Notes: generated by a model not told the origin, from the letters alone. A stretch of 64,000 nucleotides of DNA from an uncultured bacterium (GCA_963717435.1 OY970332.1:992001-1056000), one strand, 5' to 3'; counted from the stretch's first letter, positions 1 through 10,989 are shown. Numbers and translations are program-made.

Positions 1-1196
1 TAGTTACTGGCATGACCGATCCAGATTGGGTGCCGATTATGAAAAAAGCTGCTGCTATAATAACGGACCGGGGCGGCAGAACATGTCATGCTGCTATTGT
101 TAGTCGTGAGCTTGGGATACCCGCAGTTATTGGAACGCACACCGCAACAGAGATTTTAAAAAACGGGCAGTCTGTTACTGTAGACTGTTCACATGGAAGC
201 TTGGGGCAAGTTTATTCTGGTATTTTGCCTTTTGAGATAGATATTACAGAACTAAAAAGTTTACCCAAACCCCCAGTTGAAGTTATGATGAACATAGCTG
301 ATCCTAATAGAGCGTTCGAAGCTTCGTTTTTGCCAGTTAGTGGTGTGGGGCTTGCTCGAATCGAATTTATAATTAACTCGATAATTAAAGTTCATCCACT
401 TGCAGTTTTATTTCCTGAAAAAATTAAAAACAAAAAAACTCTGGAAAAAATTAATCAACTGGCAGTAGGCTACGGCAGTTTGCAAGAATTTTTTGTAAGC
501 TCTTTGGCTCAGGGAATAGCGACAATAGCGGGCGCTTTCTATCCAAAAACTGTTATAGTCAGACTTTCAGATTTTAAGAGCAACGAATATCGTGGTCTTA
601 TAGGCGGTGAATATTTTGAGCCTGATGAAGAGAATCCCATGATAGGATTTCGCGGCGCAATTAGGTATTGCAGCGAAATGTATGCCCCTGCATTTGCACT
701 TGAATGCGAGGCGATAAAACGTGCGCGTGAAGTTATGGGTTTTAAAAATATTAAGGTTATGGTGCCGTTTGTAAGAACAGTTTATGAAGCTCAGTGTGCA
801 TTAAGTGCTTTAAGTCAAAATGGCTTAGATAAAGAGAAAAACGATCTTGAAGTTTATATGATGTGCGAAGTGCCATCTAACGTATTATTAATAGACGAGT
901 TTGCAAAAATATTTGATGGTTTTTCTATCGGCTCCAACGATCTTACTCAGTTAACTTTGGGTGCTGATAGAGATTCTAATTTATTGGGTGTTACTTTTAA
1001 TGAACAAGATCCAGCTGTTCTTAAATTTTTAAAAATGGCCATAGACGGCGCAAAAAAGTCTGGCAAATATATTGGAATTTGCGGCCAGGCGCCTTCAGAT
1101 TTTCCTGAATTTGCAGATTTTATCATTAAAGCTGGCATAGATTCTGTTTCTTTGAACCCAGATTCTGTTATCCCATTTTTAATGAGATATAAGTAA
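1..1196 (+). CDS. ppsA: Phosphoenolpyruvate synthase (pyruvate,water dikinase), C-terminal part; 5' end lies outside the window
   Basis: TDPDW, GGRTCHAAIVSRELG phospho-His motif, EENPMIGFRG, FSIGSNDLTQ, ICGQAPSD; frame is open back to the window start. Confidence 0.96.
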   Translation, partial: VTGMTDPDWVPIMKKAAAIITDRGGRTCHAAIVSRELGIPAVIGTHTATEILKNGQSVTVDCSHGSLGQVYSGILPFEIDITELKSLPKPPVEVMMNIADPNRAFEASFLPVSGVGLARIEFIINSIIKVHPLAVLFPEKIKNKKTLEKINQLAVGYGSLQEFFVSSLAQGIATIAGAFYPKTVIVRLSDFKSNEYRGLIGGEYFEPDEENPMIGFRGAIRYCSEMYAPAFALECEAIKRAREVMGFKNIKVMVPFVRTVYEAQCALSALSQNGLDKEKNDLEVYMMCEVPSNVLLIDEFAKIFDGFSIGSNDLTQLTLGADRDSNLLGVTFNEQDPAVLKFLKMAIDGAKKSGKYIGICGQAPSDFPEFADFIIKAGIDSVSLNPDSVIPFLMRYK

Positions 1197-1292
1197 AAAC
1201 TTCAAAATTTTTTGTAGATTTTTAAAAATTATTTTTCTATGCTGTCCTGCGAATTTTCAGATTAATCTTAACAACAGATTTGGTGGGCCAGT

Positions 1293-2312
1293 ATGAGCAA
1301 AAAAATAATCTTCATGCTTATTTTTTTTAGTAGTTTTCATAACTTTAATAACTTAAAAGCAACTTTAGGTGATTATTTAAGATCACTTTTCCCATCTACA
1401 AATACATCTGGACCTGTACTAGTACCTGCAACCACACCAGAATTTGCACCAATAATAACACCCGCAGCGGGGCAACAAGTTTTGCCGCAGTTTGGCCCAG
1501 AGAATCTTGCAAAATTTAGCCCATTAGAAATTTTAGTTTTACAACTTGTTAGTCAAAATCAAAAACTGTTAGAAGCGCTTAATTCTCTCGTTTTAAATCA
1601 AAATCAAAAATTTGCTGAAATTTTTGCGAGCTTATCAGCCCGTAATTCTAACGTAATAGTAAGTTTGCATGCAGACAATTCTAGTGCTAATTTAGCTTCT
1701 AGTTCTAGTTCTAGTTCTAGTTCTAGTTCTAGTTCTAGTTCGGGCACTGTCACAAATACGAATATAAATAAGCCAGTAGTAATTCAAGAGATTCAAAACA
1801 CGATTAAAATAGTTAATAATAGTGCACAAGAATTTTGGGGCAAATATAAAACACAAATTTTTTTTGCGAGCATAATCACAGTATATTTAGGCTCAGTTTA
1901 TAAAATCAGAAATTTAAACAGCATTTTAAACAGCAATCAGGCAATTTCAAATTGTTGGTATCCCGGCCAAAATCTTTCTGAGATTATGCTAGTGCCAACC
2001 GGTAAATTAACAGAAGATCTTATTCAAGTAATCTGCGATAAATATGCGGGTGTAGATTCGATTTCAAATGCAACTATGCCTATGGCAAAATTTTTGTTGG
2101 CGATAGAGTCTGAAAAAAATATGCTTTCAAATTATACCCGAATTGGCAAAATTTTAACCACAATAAAATTGGGGCGCATATTCTGGCTCGATAATAATAT
2201 TATTAATAATCACAAAGACAGGTTGGCAAAACTTAATTACATGCAAAAGCTATTCGAAGATTTTATGTCAAAAAGTTTTAAACAAAAAATAACTTCTTCA
2301 GCTCATGTATAA
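1293..2312 (+). CDS. Hypothetical exported/membrane protein with poly-Ser linker and one internal TM segment
   Basis: 339-aa ORF, signal-peptide-like N-terminus, Ser run, hydrophobic IFFASIITVYLGSVY. Confidence 0.7.
   Translation: MSKKIIFMLIFFSSFHNFNNLKATLGDYLRSLFPSTNTSGPVLVPATTPEFAPIITPAAGQQVLPQFGPENLAKFSPLEILVLQLVSQNQKLLEALNSLVLNQNQKFAEIFASLSARNSNVIVSLHADNSSANLASSSSSSSSSSSSSSSGTVTNTNINKPVVIQEIQNTIKIVNNSAQEFWGKYKTQIFFASIITVYLGSVYKIRNLNSILNSNQAISNCWYPGQNLSEIMLVPTGKLTEDLIQVICDKYAGVDSISNATMPMAKFLLAIESEKNMLSNYTRIGKILTTIKLGRIFWLDNNIINNHKDRLAKLNYMQKLFEDFMSKSFKQKITSSAHV
1698..1739 (+). repeat. (TCTAGT)x7 in-frame microsatellite encoding poly-Ser
   Basis: Read directly from the sequence. Confidence 0.95.
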
Positions 2313-2334
2313 AATTATAAACCAGTAAATTAGC

Positions 2335-2592
2335 TTAACTACTTTTTTTAACCAAAATAGTTCGAACCGGCGCCCTTAAGTGTAGACATTTTGAGCATTT
2401 ATTTCCATGCTTTGCCAAAATCTCATAATTTTTGCAATCACAGGCGCATTTAACAAAATATGGTACTTTATAGTCGTAGCCCAGCTTTAAATTTGTATGT
2501 TTACTGTTATCCATACAACCAACTTGAGCATAAATTTTATCTGTTTTTATTGCGCATAAAATTATAAACAGCACAATTATTAATTTCTTCAT
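2335..2592 (-). CDS. Small secreted Cys-rich protein
   Basis: Signal peptide; CMD, CACDC and CSKCLH motifs; RBS-like GGGGG upstream. Confidence 0.75.
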   Translation of the reverse strand: MKKLIIVLFIILCAIKTDKIYAQVGCMDNSKHTNLKLGYDYKVPYFVKCACDCKNYEILAKHGNKCSKCLHLRAPVRTILVKKSS

Positions 2593-2610
2593 GAAACCCC
2601 CATTTCCCCT

Positions 2611-2814
2611 TTAATTCTGAGCCGCTTTCATGCTCTCAAGAATCTTTTGTATCTTTTCTACACGTGCGTTATTTGCGGTTTGATTGTTATTATCAACAAA
2701 AAACGGTCGCATAGGTCTATGTTTTTCATCGTGGCATACTGGGCAAGCAAAAGAACTGCCCAAAGATGTTATACTTACTGCAATTATTAATATTTTTAAG
2801 ATTTTATTTACCAT
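2611..2814 (-). CDS. Small secreted protein with CxxCH directly after the signal peptide
   Basis: MVNKILKILIIAVSITSLGSSFA|CPVCH; AAGGGG RBS. Confidence 0.65.
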   Translation of the reverse strand: MVNKILKILIIAVSITSLGSSFACPVCHDEKHRPMRPFFVDNNNQTANNARVEKIQKILESMKAAQN

Positions 2815-3026
2815 TTTAACCCCTTATTTAATTAAAACATTATCCCTTTCTGATATAATAATAGATTATAATATTTTCAAATTGCAATAATTTGGCTATA
2901 AATATTTTTTAATCAGATAAATTTTGACGAGATTTATAATTCTGCGTAACAAAAAATACATATTCTGCTATTATTTAAATAATAGGCAGTTCAAAATTTA
3001 ATTTTTTATACACATAAGGCGAAATT

Positions 3027-4517
3027 ATGCTTAATTTAAAACAATTTTTTCTTGTAATTTCATGTTTTGCCTTAAGTTCGGTGTGGGGAATGGAAGATGT
3101 TCCACAAAGTACTGGACAACTTCCTAGCCCTGAAGAACAGAAATTTATAAAGCACATTGTTCAATGGACATCAAAACCAGTTACTTATAAATCAGGCGAT
3201 GATGTTACAACTATCCCGGGATTTAAAAAATTTCTCGCGTTCAGGTTGGTTTTGCAAGAAGAACTCTCTACTCAAAATGCAGAACTTATTAAAAAAATAA
3301 CTGGTTTTGTAAGATCATATGCAGAGGCGAAGTGTCTAGTCAAAAATTTTAATAAGAGCGCTTGGTCAATATCATGGAATCTAAATGGCGATTATGCTAT
3401 TTCTGCGGAAAATGGGGATTCAATTTATTTATGGGATTTAAAAAATAAAAAAGACCCTAGGCTCGATAAAACAATTGCTGTCCCATTCTGCGGATGTGTA
3501 TCGCGGAGTCCGAATAGTAATTATGTTCTTTGCGGCACCGAGAATGAGTTGGTTATATTGCTGAATTTAAGAAATGGAAAAGCTGAATTTTTGAAGGTGC
3601 ACCGCAACGTAGTTTCCAGCGTATGTTGGAGTCCGGACGGTAACTATGGTCTTTCCGGTTCATGGGATTTTACCATTAAACTATGGGATTTAAGAGATAA
3701 AGAAAATCCTAAACTAGTTATAACCTTGGATGCGGGTCGTAATGGGGGGGTTCCTTCAGTGAGTTTTAGCCCAGATGGCAACTACGCACTTTCTGGGCAT
3801 TTGTATTCAAAAATTTTCTTGTGGGATTTAAGAGATAAAGAAAAACCTAATCCTAATCCAGTTGCAAGTTTAAGCGTGCCTACACGGGGTGCTTATTCAG
3901 TGTCATGGAGCCCTGATGGCAATTATGCTCTTTCTGGAGCTGATAAAGCAATTTTGTTATGGGATTTAAGAGATAAAGAAAAACCTGAAGCAGATCCAGT
4001 TATAATTTTAAAGGGACACACAAAAGGGGGCGTTGAGTCAGTATCATGGAGCTCAGACGGAAATTATGCCCTTTCCTGTGCAGGGGATGAAACAATAAAG
4101 TTATGGGATTTAAGAAATAAAAAGAATCCTAAGACTGACCCAGTTGCAACTTTAGCCGGCCAGGGTCAATTTGTTAATTCAGTATCATGGAGTCCTAAAG
4201 AAAATTATGCACTTTCTGGTTCTAAATTTGCGAACGTGTGCGAGCATGGAACGAAATTGTGGGATTTGGGAAAACTAGTAGCACTCGCAGAATTGCCAGA
4301 AGAAATTATGAAGTGGAAAGATAATTATGGTGATTATAACGGTGTATTAAAATATCTGTTACTTAAATCTATATTTGAACAGCAAGAAAATTCAAAACAT
4401 CCGCAATACAAAACGCCATTTAGAATTAGTTATAAAAAAGTAAAAGAAATATTTGATGCTTTCCCAAAAATCTTAAAAGACGCATTTATTGCGCAAAATT
4501 ATGTTGTGTTGGGATAA
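3027..4517 (+). CDS. Secreted WD40-repeat protein (effector-like family member 1)
   Basis: About 7 repeats of SVSWSPDGNYALSG..D.TIKLWDL; signal peptide. Confidence 0.93.
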   Translation: MLNLKQFFLVISCFALSSVWGMEDVPQSTGQLPSPEEQKFIKHIVQWTSKPVTYKSGDDVTTIPGFKKFLAFRLVLQEELSTQNAELIKKITGFVRSYAEAKCLVKNFNKSAWSISWNLNGDYAISAENGDSIYLWDLKNKKDPRLDKTIAVPFCGCVSRSPNSNYVLCGTENELVILLNLRNGKAEFLKVHRNVVSSVCWSPDGNYGLSGSWDFTIKLWDLRDKENPKLVITLDAGRNGGVPSVSFSPDGNYALSGHLYSKIFLWDLRDKEKPNPNPVASLSVPTRGAYSVSWSPDGNYALSGADKAILLWDLRDKEKPEADPVIILKGHTKGGVESVSWSSDGNYALSCAGDETIKLWDLRNKKNPKTDPVATLAGQGQFVNSVSWSPKENYALSGSKFANVCEHGTKLWDLGKLVALAELPEEIMKWKDNYGDYNGVLKYLLLKSIFEQQENSKHPQYKTPFRISYKKVKEIFDAFPKILKDAFIAQNYVVLG

Positions 4518-4540
4518 GCTCAAATAAATTTAACGAAAAA

Positions 4541-5455
4541 TTATATCTCTAAGATTTTGCTCGGTGTTTCAATTTTGAAGCCCTGAGTTTGTCCAATCTC
4601 ATTTATAAATTGTCTAATATTTTCTGCATATTCAGGGTCCTGAAGAGAGTAACTAATAACAGCTTTTACCCAGCCTGCAGGCACGCCAATATCAAATCGT
4701 GTGCCCTGTAATTTGTAACCAAAAACGCGTTCGCCATTTTGTGTCATGTGGTTAATGGCGTCAGTGAGTTGCATTTCGCCTTGGGCATAAGAACTGATTT
4801 CTTCTAAGCTTGTAAATATTTTGTTTGAAAGAATATATCTTCCCACAATTGCCAAATTAGAGGGGGCATTTTTGGGACTAGGTTTTTCGACCATTCCCGA
4901 AAGCTGAAAAAGATTTGGTGTGATCTGCTTTTTTATGCTAACGACTCCGTAAGAAGACACCTGATTTGACGGAACTTCTTGAAGCGCAATTACACTGGCT
5001 TTTTCTTGGCGCGCGATTCTGATAAGTTGCGCAAGAGCGGGTTGCTTTGACATAATTATGTCATCAGGAAGTGCAATTGCAAAATGTTCTTTGCCAATAT
5101 AATGACGAGCGAGCCAGATAGCATGACCCAGCCCTAGTGGCTCAGTTTGTCTTATATAAGCAAAATTGGCGCATCTTGAAATGCGCTCAGTTGTTTCTAT
5201 TAATTCTGATTTATTTTTTTCTTTTAAAAAAGATTCAAGCCAAGGATTATAATCGAAATGATCTTCTATAGAACTTTTTCCCTTGCCAGTTATTAATAGC
5301 ATGTTATTAATTTCAGAGCTTAGAGCCTCTTCGATTATATGCTGTATCGCAGGTTTTTTAATAAGTGGCAGCATCTCTTTTGGAATTGCTTTTGTATAAG
5401 GCAAAAATCTAGTTCCAAGTCCTGCCGCGGGGATAACTGTTTTTAAGACTTCCAT
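4541..5455 (-). CDS. galU: UTP--glucose-1-phosphate uridylyltransferase
   Basis: VIPAAGLGTRFLPYTKAIPKEMLP, EPLGLGHA, VEKP, EMQLTDAI. Confidence 0.95.
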   Translation of the reverse strand: MEVLKTVIPAAGLGTRFLPYTKAIPKEMLPLIKKPAIQHIIEEALSSEINNMLLITGKGKSSIEDHFDYNPWLESFLKEKNKSELIETTERISRCANFAYIRQTEPLGLGHAIWLARHYIGKEHFAIALPDDIIMSKQPALAQLIRIARQEKASVIALQEVPSNQVSSYGVVSIKKQITPNLFQLSGMVEKPSPKNAPSNLAIVGRYILSNKIFTSLEEISSYAQGEMQLTDAINHMTQNGERVFGYKLQGTRFDIGVPAGWVKAVISYSLQDPEYAENIRQFINEIGQTQGFKIETPSKILEI

Positions 5456-5479
5456 TACTACTCCTGTTTAAATCTGTAC

Positions 5480-6526
5480 TTAGAACTGCTTTAAAAACTC
5501 TAATTTCGTACTGTGTAATAATCTTATGTCATTAATTCCATATTTTAACATCACTAGTCTTGTAAGACCAAATCCAAATGCAAAGCCACTATATTCTTCC
5601 GGGTTAATATTACAAGATTTTAATACGTTAGGGTGCACCAATCCTGCCCCACAAATTTCTATCCAACGTGTTTTTTTGCATACTGAACAGCCTGCCGTAC
5701 AAAACGGACATGTTATATCTATTTCAACACCGGGTTCCACAAATGGAAAATATCCAGGTCTTACTCTGATTTTTAAATCGCTTTTGCCAAATAGATTTTG
5801 CAAGAAAACTTTTGCTGTCGCAAAAAGATTTGCAAGCGAGACGTTTTTATCGATAAACAAAATTTCACATTGCATGAACATATAATCATGTGATGCATCT
5901 GTTGCCTCACTTCTATAGCACCTGCCGGGTATCGCGACAGCTATTGGTGGTTTTCGTTCAAGCATTGCATGGGCTTGAACACTTGAAGTATGTGTTCGCA
6001 TTACCATATTAGGAATATCGAGCCAGAAAGTATCATGCATGTCTCTGGCAGGGTGATCTTTTGGAATATTTAATGTTTCAAAATTAAAAAAATCGGTGTC
6101 TATTTCTGGGCCGCTTATAATTTCATAACCCATAGATATTAGAATATCTTCTATCTGTTCTATTGTTTGAGTATATGGGTGAAGACTGCCGAATTTTGTA
6201 AATGGCTTGTATGCTGTGACGTCAAAAGAGGCTTGTTTCGCTTCTTGCGCATCAAACATCTCTTTTTCTAATTTATTTTTTTTCTCTTCAAAAATATTAT
6301 TTGTTTCTTGTTTTAAATTATTAAAACGTGGGCCATAGATTTTTTTTTCTTCTAGCGATAGTTCTTTAAGACTAGAAATAAAATTTGAAATTATTCCGCC
6401 ACGAGATAGATATTCTATTCTTATAGATTCAAGCTCTTCTTGGGTGTTGGCAGTTGCTACTTTTTGCGTGAATTCTTGAGTTATTTCTGTAATTTTTTTA
6501 TCAATATTACTATTATCTTGGTTCAT
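5480..6526 (-). CDS. pheS: Phenylalanine--tRNA ligase alpha subunit
   Basis: HPARDMHDTF, RTHTSSVQ, YFPFVEPG, GFAFGFG. Confidence 0.97.
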   Translation of the reverse strand: MNQDNSNIDKKITEITQEFTQKVATANTQEELESIRIEYLSRGGIISNFISSLKELSLEEKKIYGPRFNNLKQETNNIFEEKKNKLEKEMFDAQEAKQASFDVTAYKPFTKFGSLHPYTQTIEQIEDILISMGYEIISGPEIDTDFFNFETLNIPKDHPARDMHDTFWLDIPNMVMRTHTSSVQAHAMLERKPPIAVAIPGRCYRSEATDASHDYMFMQCEILFIDKNVSLANLFATAKVFLQNLFGKSDLKIRVRPGYFPFVEPGVEIDITCPFCTAGCSVCKKTRWIEICGAGLVHPNVLKSCNINPEEYSGFAFGFGLTRLVMLKYGINDIRLLHSTKLEFLKQF

Positions 6527-6769
6527 AATTATATCTTAATTAATTATCTTAGTTGTTAGCTTAATTATTTTTTTACATATAAGTTAAAAATATATTTGTA
6601 ATACTAACAAAGGGGATTTTTGATTGCAACTTAGTATTTATATTTGCATGCTATTAATAACAGTGCTTATATATGACAGTTATAGTGGTAATTATGGGGA
6701 TAAATTTTAGAAAATCGTTGACAAAACTTACCCAGACGGTAGATTAATAGTACTTTTTAGTTAACTAAT

Positions 6770-6844
6770 GCCGAGGTAGCTCAGTGGTAGAGCAGAAGCC
6801 TGAAGAGCTTCGTGTCGGAGGTTCGATTCCTTCTCTCGGCACCA
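6770..6844 (+). tRNA. tRNA-Phe (GAA)
   Basis: GCCGAGG/TCTCGGC acceptor stem, GAAGC-CTGAAGA-GCTTC anticodon arm, GGTTCGATTCC T-arm, encoded CCA; TTGACA..TAGATT promoter at 6718-6745. Confidence 0.96.
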
Positions 6845-6933
6845 TCCTGCGCTAAAGCTCCGGATGGCGGGCCAGTCTCTTATCACCAGATAAATTACCA
6901 CAAATACTTTCGATATTTTACAAGATCCAAGAT

Positions 6934-6999
6934 GGCGCTCGCCCTGAGTGTTTTTCGCAGCTCTTCAGAGCGCAGAAAAATGTATCGAACGGGTGCGCC
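6934..6999 (-). repeat. Palindromic REP-like element, copy A
   Basis: Reverse complement reads CCCGTTCGATACA-[hairpin]-CACTCAGGGCGAGCG, matching copies at 9732, 45404, 58901 and 62034. Confidence 0.85.
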
Positions 7000-7007
7000 G
7001 GGAATTT

Positions 7008-7034
7008 AAAACCCGTTTTTGTGCGGGTTTTTTT
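7008..7034 (+). terminator. Intrinsic terminator after tRNA-Phe
   Basis: AAAACCCG/CGGGTTTT stem followed by a T tract. Confidence 0.65.
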
Positions 7035-7145
7035 ATATCTAATTTACTCTGCGCTTTACTTGTTGATTTTTTGTACTAGTGTTATAATTTAAAGACAAGA
7101 AATTAAATTATAGATATCTGAAAAGAAATTTATGCCGAAAGGTTA

Positions 7146-9711
7146 GTGAGCATGGATTCTTCCGGTCAAAAAGATAAGCTTTCAAAAGGTCCTGTTAGTT
7201 CTGTTAAACCCATAATGATTGAAGATGAATTAAAAACGTCGTTTCTTGATTATGCAATGTCGGTTGTTGTAAGCCGTGCAATTCCGGATGTGCGTGATGG
7301 TTTAAAGCCAGTGCATAGACGAGTTTTTTACTCTATGACCAATCTGGGTTTCATTATAACAAGCCATATCATAAATCAGTACGCGTTGTTGGTGAAGTTC
7401 TTGGTAAGTATCATCCGCATGGTGATCAAGCTGTTTATAATACCATGGTTGGTATGGTTCAAGATTTTTCAAAACGTTATCCATTATTAGATGGTCAGGG
7501 AAACTGGGGTTCTGTTGATGGTGATAATGCAGCTGCTATGCGTTACACCGAAGTCAGGATGGCAAAAATAACGCAAGAAATTTTGACTGATCTTGAAAAA
7601 GAAACTGTTGATTTTGTGCCGAACTTTGATGAATCAACGATAGAACCAGTAATTTTGCCAAGCAGATTACCAAATCTTTTAGTTAATGGTACATCTGGTA
7701 TAGCAGTTGGTATGGCAACATCTATTCCTCCACATAATTTAGGTGAAGTAATTGATGCTTGTTTATTGCTTTTGAAAAATGAAAATATATCTGATGAAGA
7801 ATTATTTGCTATAATTCCTGGCACCAGATTTTCCAACAGGTGGCATAATTTGTGGACGAGGTGGAATTGTAAAAGCATATAAAACAGGCCGTGGAAATTT
7901 AATATTACGTGGTGTTGTTGATATTGAAGAAACTAAAAAGGGCACTGCTATTATTATTACCGAGTTGCCATATCAAGTTAATAAAGCAGAGCTAATAATA
8001 AAAATTGCTGATCTAGTTAAAAATAAAATTATTGAAGGTATTTCAAACATTACGAGATGAATCAGATAAAAAAGGAATGAGAGTTGTTATTGACTTAAAG
8101 CGTGGTGAAATTCCTCAAGTTATTTTAAATCAACTTTATAAGCATACATCATTGCAAACATCAATTACGTATATTGATGCTTGCGTTTGCTTGATAATAG
8201 ACCAATGATATTTACTCTTACGAAATATGATAAGAGAATTTTTATTGCATCAGAGAAGAAGTTATATACTAAACGACGGAATTTGATTTGAAAAAAGCTC
8301 AACGCACGTGAACATATTCTTGCATGGTTTTATTATCGCTTTGAATAATATTGATGAAGTTGTTAATACTTATTAAAAATTCTCAAACTGCTGAAGAAGC
8401 AATAGCAAAATTAAATAAGAGATTTTAATTTAACTGCAGAACAGTGTAAAGCGATTCTTAGAAATGCGTCTTTCAAGATTGACAGGTCTTGAGCAAGAAA
8501 AAATTCATCAAGAGATTGAAGAAATTAAAAGTTAATTACTAAATTTAAAAGCTATTCTTGCAGATCAAGATTTATTACAAAAAGAAATCGTTAAAGAGCT
8601 TGAAGAAATTAAAGCAAAATTATGCTGATAAGCGTAAAACAAGAATTGAAGGTGCTATCGATATATTAAGTGAAGCGGATCTAATTCCTGATGAAGAAGT
8701 TGTTGTAACTTTGACAAGCAAGGGTTATATCAAACGTGTTCCACTTGAAACTTATGGTGTTCAGCATCGTGGTGGCAAAGGTAAGATGGGAATGGCGTCG
8801 TTAGATGAATCTGATGATATTATGCAGGATATATTTGTTGCAAAAAATCATGATGAATTATTATTCTTTACAAACTTGGGTCGTGTTTATAGCTTGTCAG
8901 TGTTCCAAGTTCCAGAAGGATCACGAACTGCCAAAGGACGAGCAATTGTAAATCTTGCTACCTTTGCAGAAGGTGAACATGTTGTTAAATTACTTTGTGT
9001 GACGGGATATTGAGGATAAATATCTTGGTTATGGTAACAAAAAAGGAATAATTAAAGAGAACCGAAGCGACTGAGTTTGCAAAAATTAGAAGTACAGGAA
9101 TTAGAGCTATTACTCTTAATGAAGGCGATGAACTTAGTCTTCTGCGCATTTAAGTTCCGGAAAAGATTCTATTGTTATTGCAACTGCACATGGACAAGGT
9201 ATTAGATTTAAAGAGACAGAAGTTCGATCAATGGGACGTCAAGCTGCCGGTGTTAGAGGTATTAAGCTTGAAAGAAAAAGATTATGTTGTTGGAATGGAA
9301 GTTGTTTCTGAAGAGAAAGATATTTTATTCGCAACAGAAAAAGGGTACGGTAAACGTGTTAAAGCCGTAGACTTCCGAGTTGCCCATCGCGGTGGAATTG
9401 GTGTTAGAACTATTCCTACCAATGACAGAAATGGAAAAGTTATTGGACTTGTTATCGTTGATGATAATACACATATTTTGCTTATAGATATCTCTGGTAA
9501 GATAATAAGACTTTCACCTAAAGAAGTAAGAACTATGGGAAGACAGGCACAAGGTGTTAGACTTATACGTCTTGATGCTGGCCAGTCTCTGGCTGCAGTT
9601 GCCGCAATCTCAGGAGGCTCTGAAATAGAGGCGACAGAACCTGAGGGTGCAGTAAATGCGACAACAGAAACTCAAGCAGAGCAACTAGCTGAGCAAGAAG
9701 AGCAAAAGTAG
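7146..9711 (+). CDS. gyrA: DNA gyrase subunit A, broken by many 1-bp indels (probably consensus errors rather than a true pseudogene)
   Basis: [24 protein letters not shown] (catalytic Tyr), [12 protein letters not shown], GyrA box QHRGGKG and C-terminal pinwheel repeats, spread over shifting frames. Confidence 0.92.
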
Positions 9712-9731
9712 TACGCAATAAACTGAACTTA

Positions 9732-9801
9732 TACACCCGAGACCCTTCGATACATTCTACTACGCCAAGGCTTCGTAGAACACTCAGGGCGAGCGGGTGT
9801 A
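9732..9801 (+). repeat. Palindromic REP-like element, copy B
   Basis: TACACCCG..CCCTTCGATACA-TTCTACTACGCCAAGGCTTCGTAGAA-CACTCAGGGCGAGCGGGTGTA. Confidence 0.88.
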
Positions 9802-9813
9802 AAATATAACAAC

Positions 9814-10989
9814 ATGATATTAGACAGCACGAGAAAAACAGTTTTGCATTTGAATTTGATCCAAGGGATTGGTCCGGCGACAATAGAGCGCCTGATACAG
9901 TCCCTTGGGGATTTTTCTATAGATTCTATACATAGTTTTTCGATATCAGATTTTGCAAATATATGTAAACTTTCTGAAAATTTGAGCCAGATTATTTATT
10001 CTGGATTAAGAGATGTAAAAATTCTTGATCAAGAGTTGAGTTTAATTGAAAAGCATAAAATTAAAATTATTTCTGTTTACGACCAAAATTACCCAATATT
10101 ATTAAAAAATACGTATCTGCCACCTGCGATTTTATATATCAGGGGAGCTGATCTAGAAACAGAAGGCTTAAATATTGCGCTTGTCGGTTCCCGTAAAGCT
10201 AATAATTATGGATATAGAGTTGTGAATATGCTGGTCCCAGATTTTGTGTCTAGAGATTTTACTATAGTTAGTGGCGGGGCGCTGGGTATAGATAGTATGG
10301 CCCACCAAAGTGCACTTAATAATTCAGGCAAAACTGTAGCGGTTATAGGCTCTGGATTATTAAAGCCGTATCCTGCAACTAATTTAAAACTTTTTGATGA
10401 AATTGTTCAAAAGAACGGCTCTGTTATAAGTCCCTTTCCATTAACATTTGCTGCTGCACCAGGAAATTTTCCGGCAAGAAACAGAATAATTTCTGGTCTA
10501 AGTCAGGTTTGTATTGTTGTCCAGGCTGCCATAAAAAGCGGCGCACTTATAACTGGCCATTATGCTATGGAGCAGGGGCGAGAGGTCTTTGCAGTGCCCG
10601 GGCATATTGACGACGAATTGAGTGGCGGTTGCCATAAGTTAATCTCCGAAGGGGCACATATATTTACGGCCACCCAGGACGTGTATAACTTGTTTGATAC
10701 TCGCGGACTGGCAAGTGATTTTGTTAAAAAATCGGACAATTTTGCTTTTATAGAAAAAAATATTTCTCAAAATATAAATACTATAAATACTGGGCAAAAA
10801 GAGATAAAATTTAGCCCAGAACTTAGTCTTGAAGAAAAAATAGTTAAATATTGCTCTTCGGGGGTCACTTTTGACGAACTTTTTTCAAATTTCTCTATGG
10901 AAATGGGTAAATTTCAAGAGTTGCTAATATCAATGCAAATAAACGGTCTAATTGACCAAGACTTTTCTGGTCTATGGAAAAGATCTTAA
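9814..10989 (+). CDS. dprA: DNA-processing protein DprA (Smf)
   Basis: VGSRKA, IVSGGALGIDSMAH, NFPARNRIISGLS, SGALIT, GREVFAVPG. Confidence 0.95.
   Translation: MILDSTRKTVLHLNLIQGIGPATIERLIQSLGDFSIDSIHSFSISDFANICKLSENLSQIIYSGLRDVKILDQELSLIEKHKIKIISVYDQNYPILLKNTYLPPAILYIRGADLETEGLNIALVGSRKANNYGYRVVNMLVPDFVSRDFTIVSGGALGIDSMAHQSALNNSGKTVAVIGSGLLKPYPATNLKLFDEIVQKNGSVISPFPLTFAAAPGNFPARNRIISGLSQVCIVVQAAIKSGALITGHYAMEQGREVFAVPGHIDDELSGGCHKLISEGAHIFTATQDVYNLFDTRGLASDFVKKSDNFAFIEKNISQNINTINTGQKEIKFSPELSLEEKIVKYCSSGVTFDELFSNFSMEMGKFQELLISMQINGLIDQDFSGLWKRS

Noticed and set aside
7146-9711. gyrA as a true pseudogene or programmed frameshift gene
   Set aside because: Essential motifs are intact, the indels are too numerous for recoding and look like merged codons
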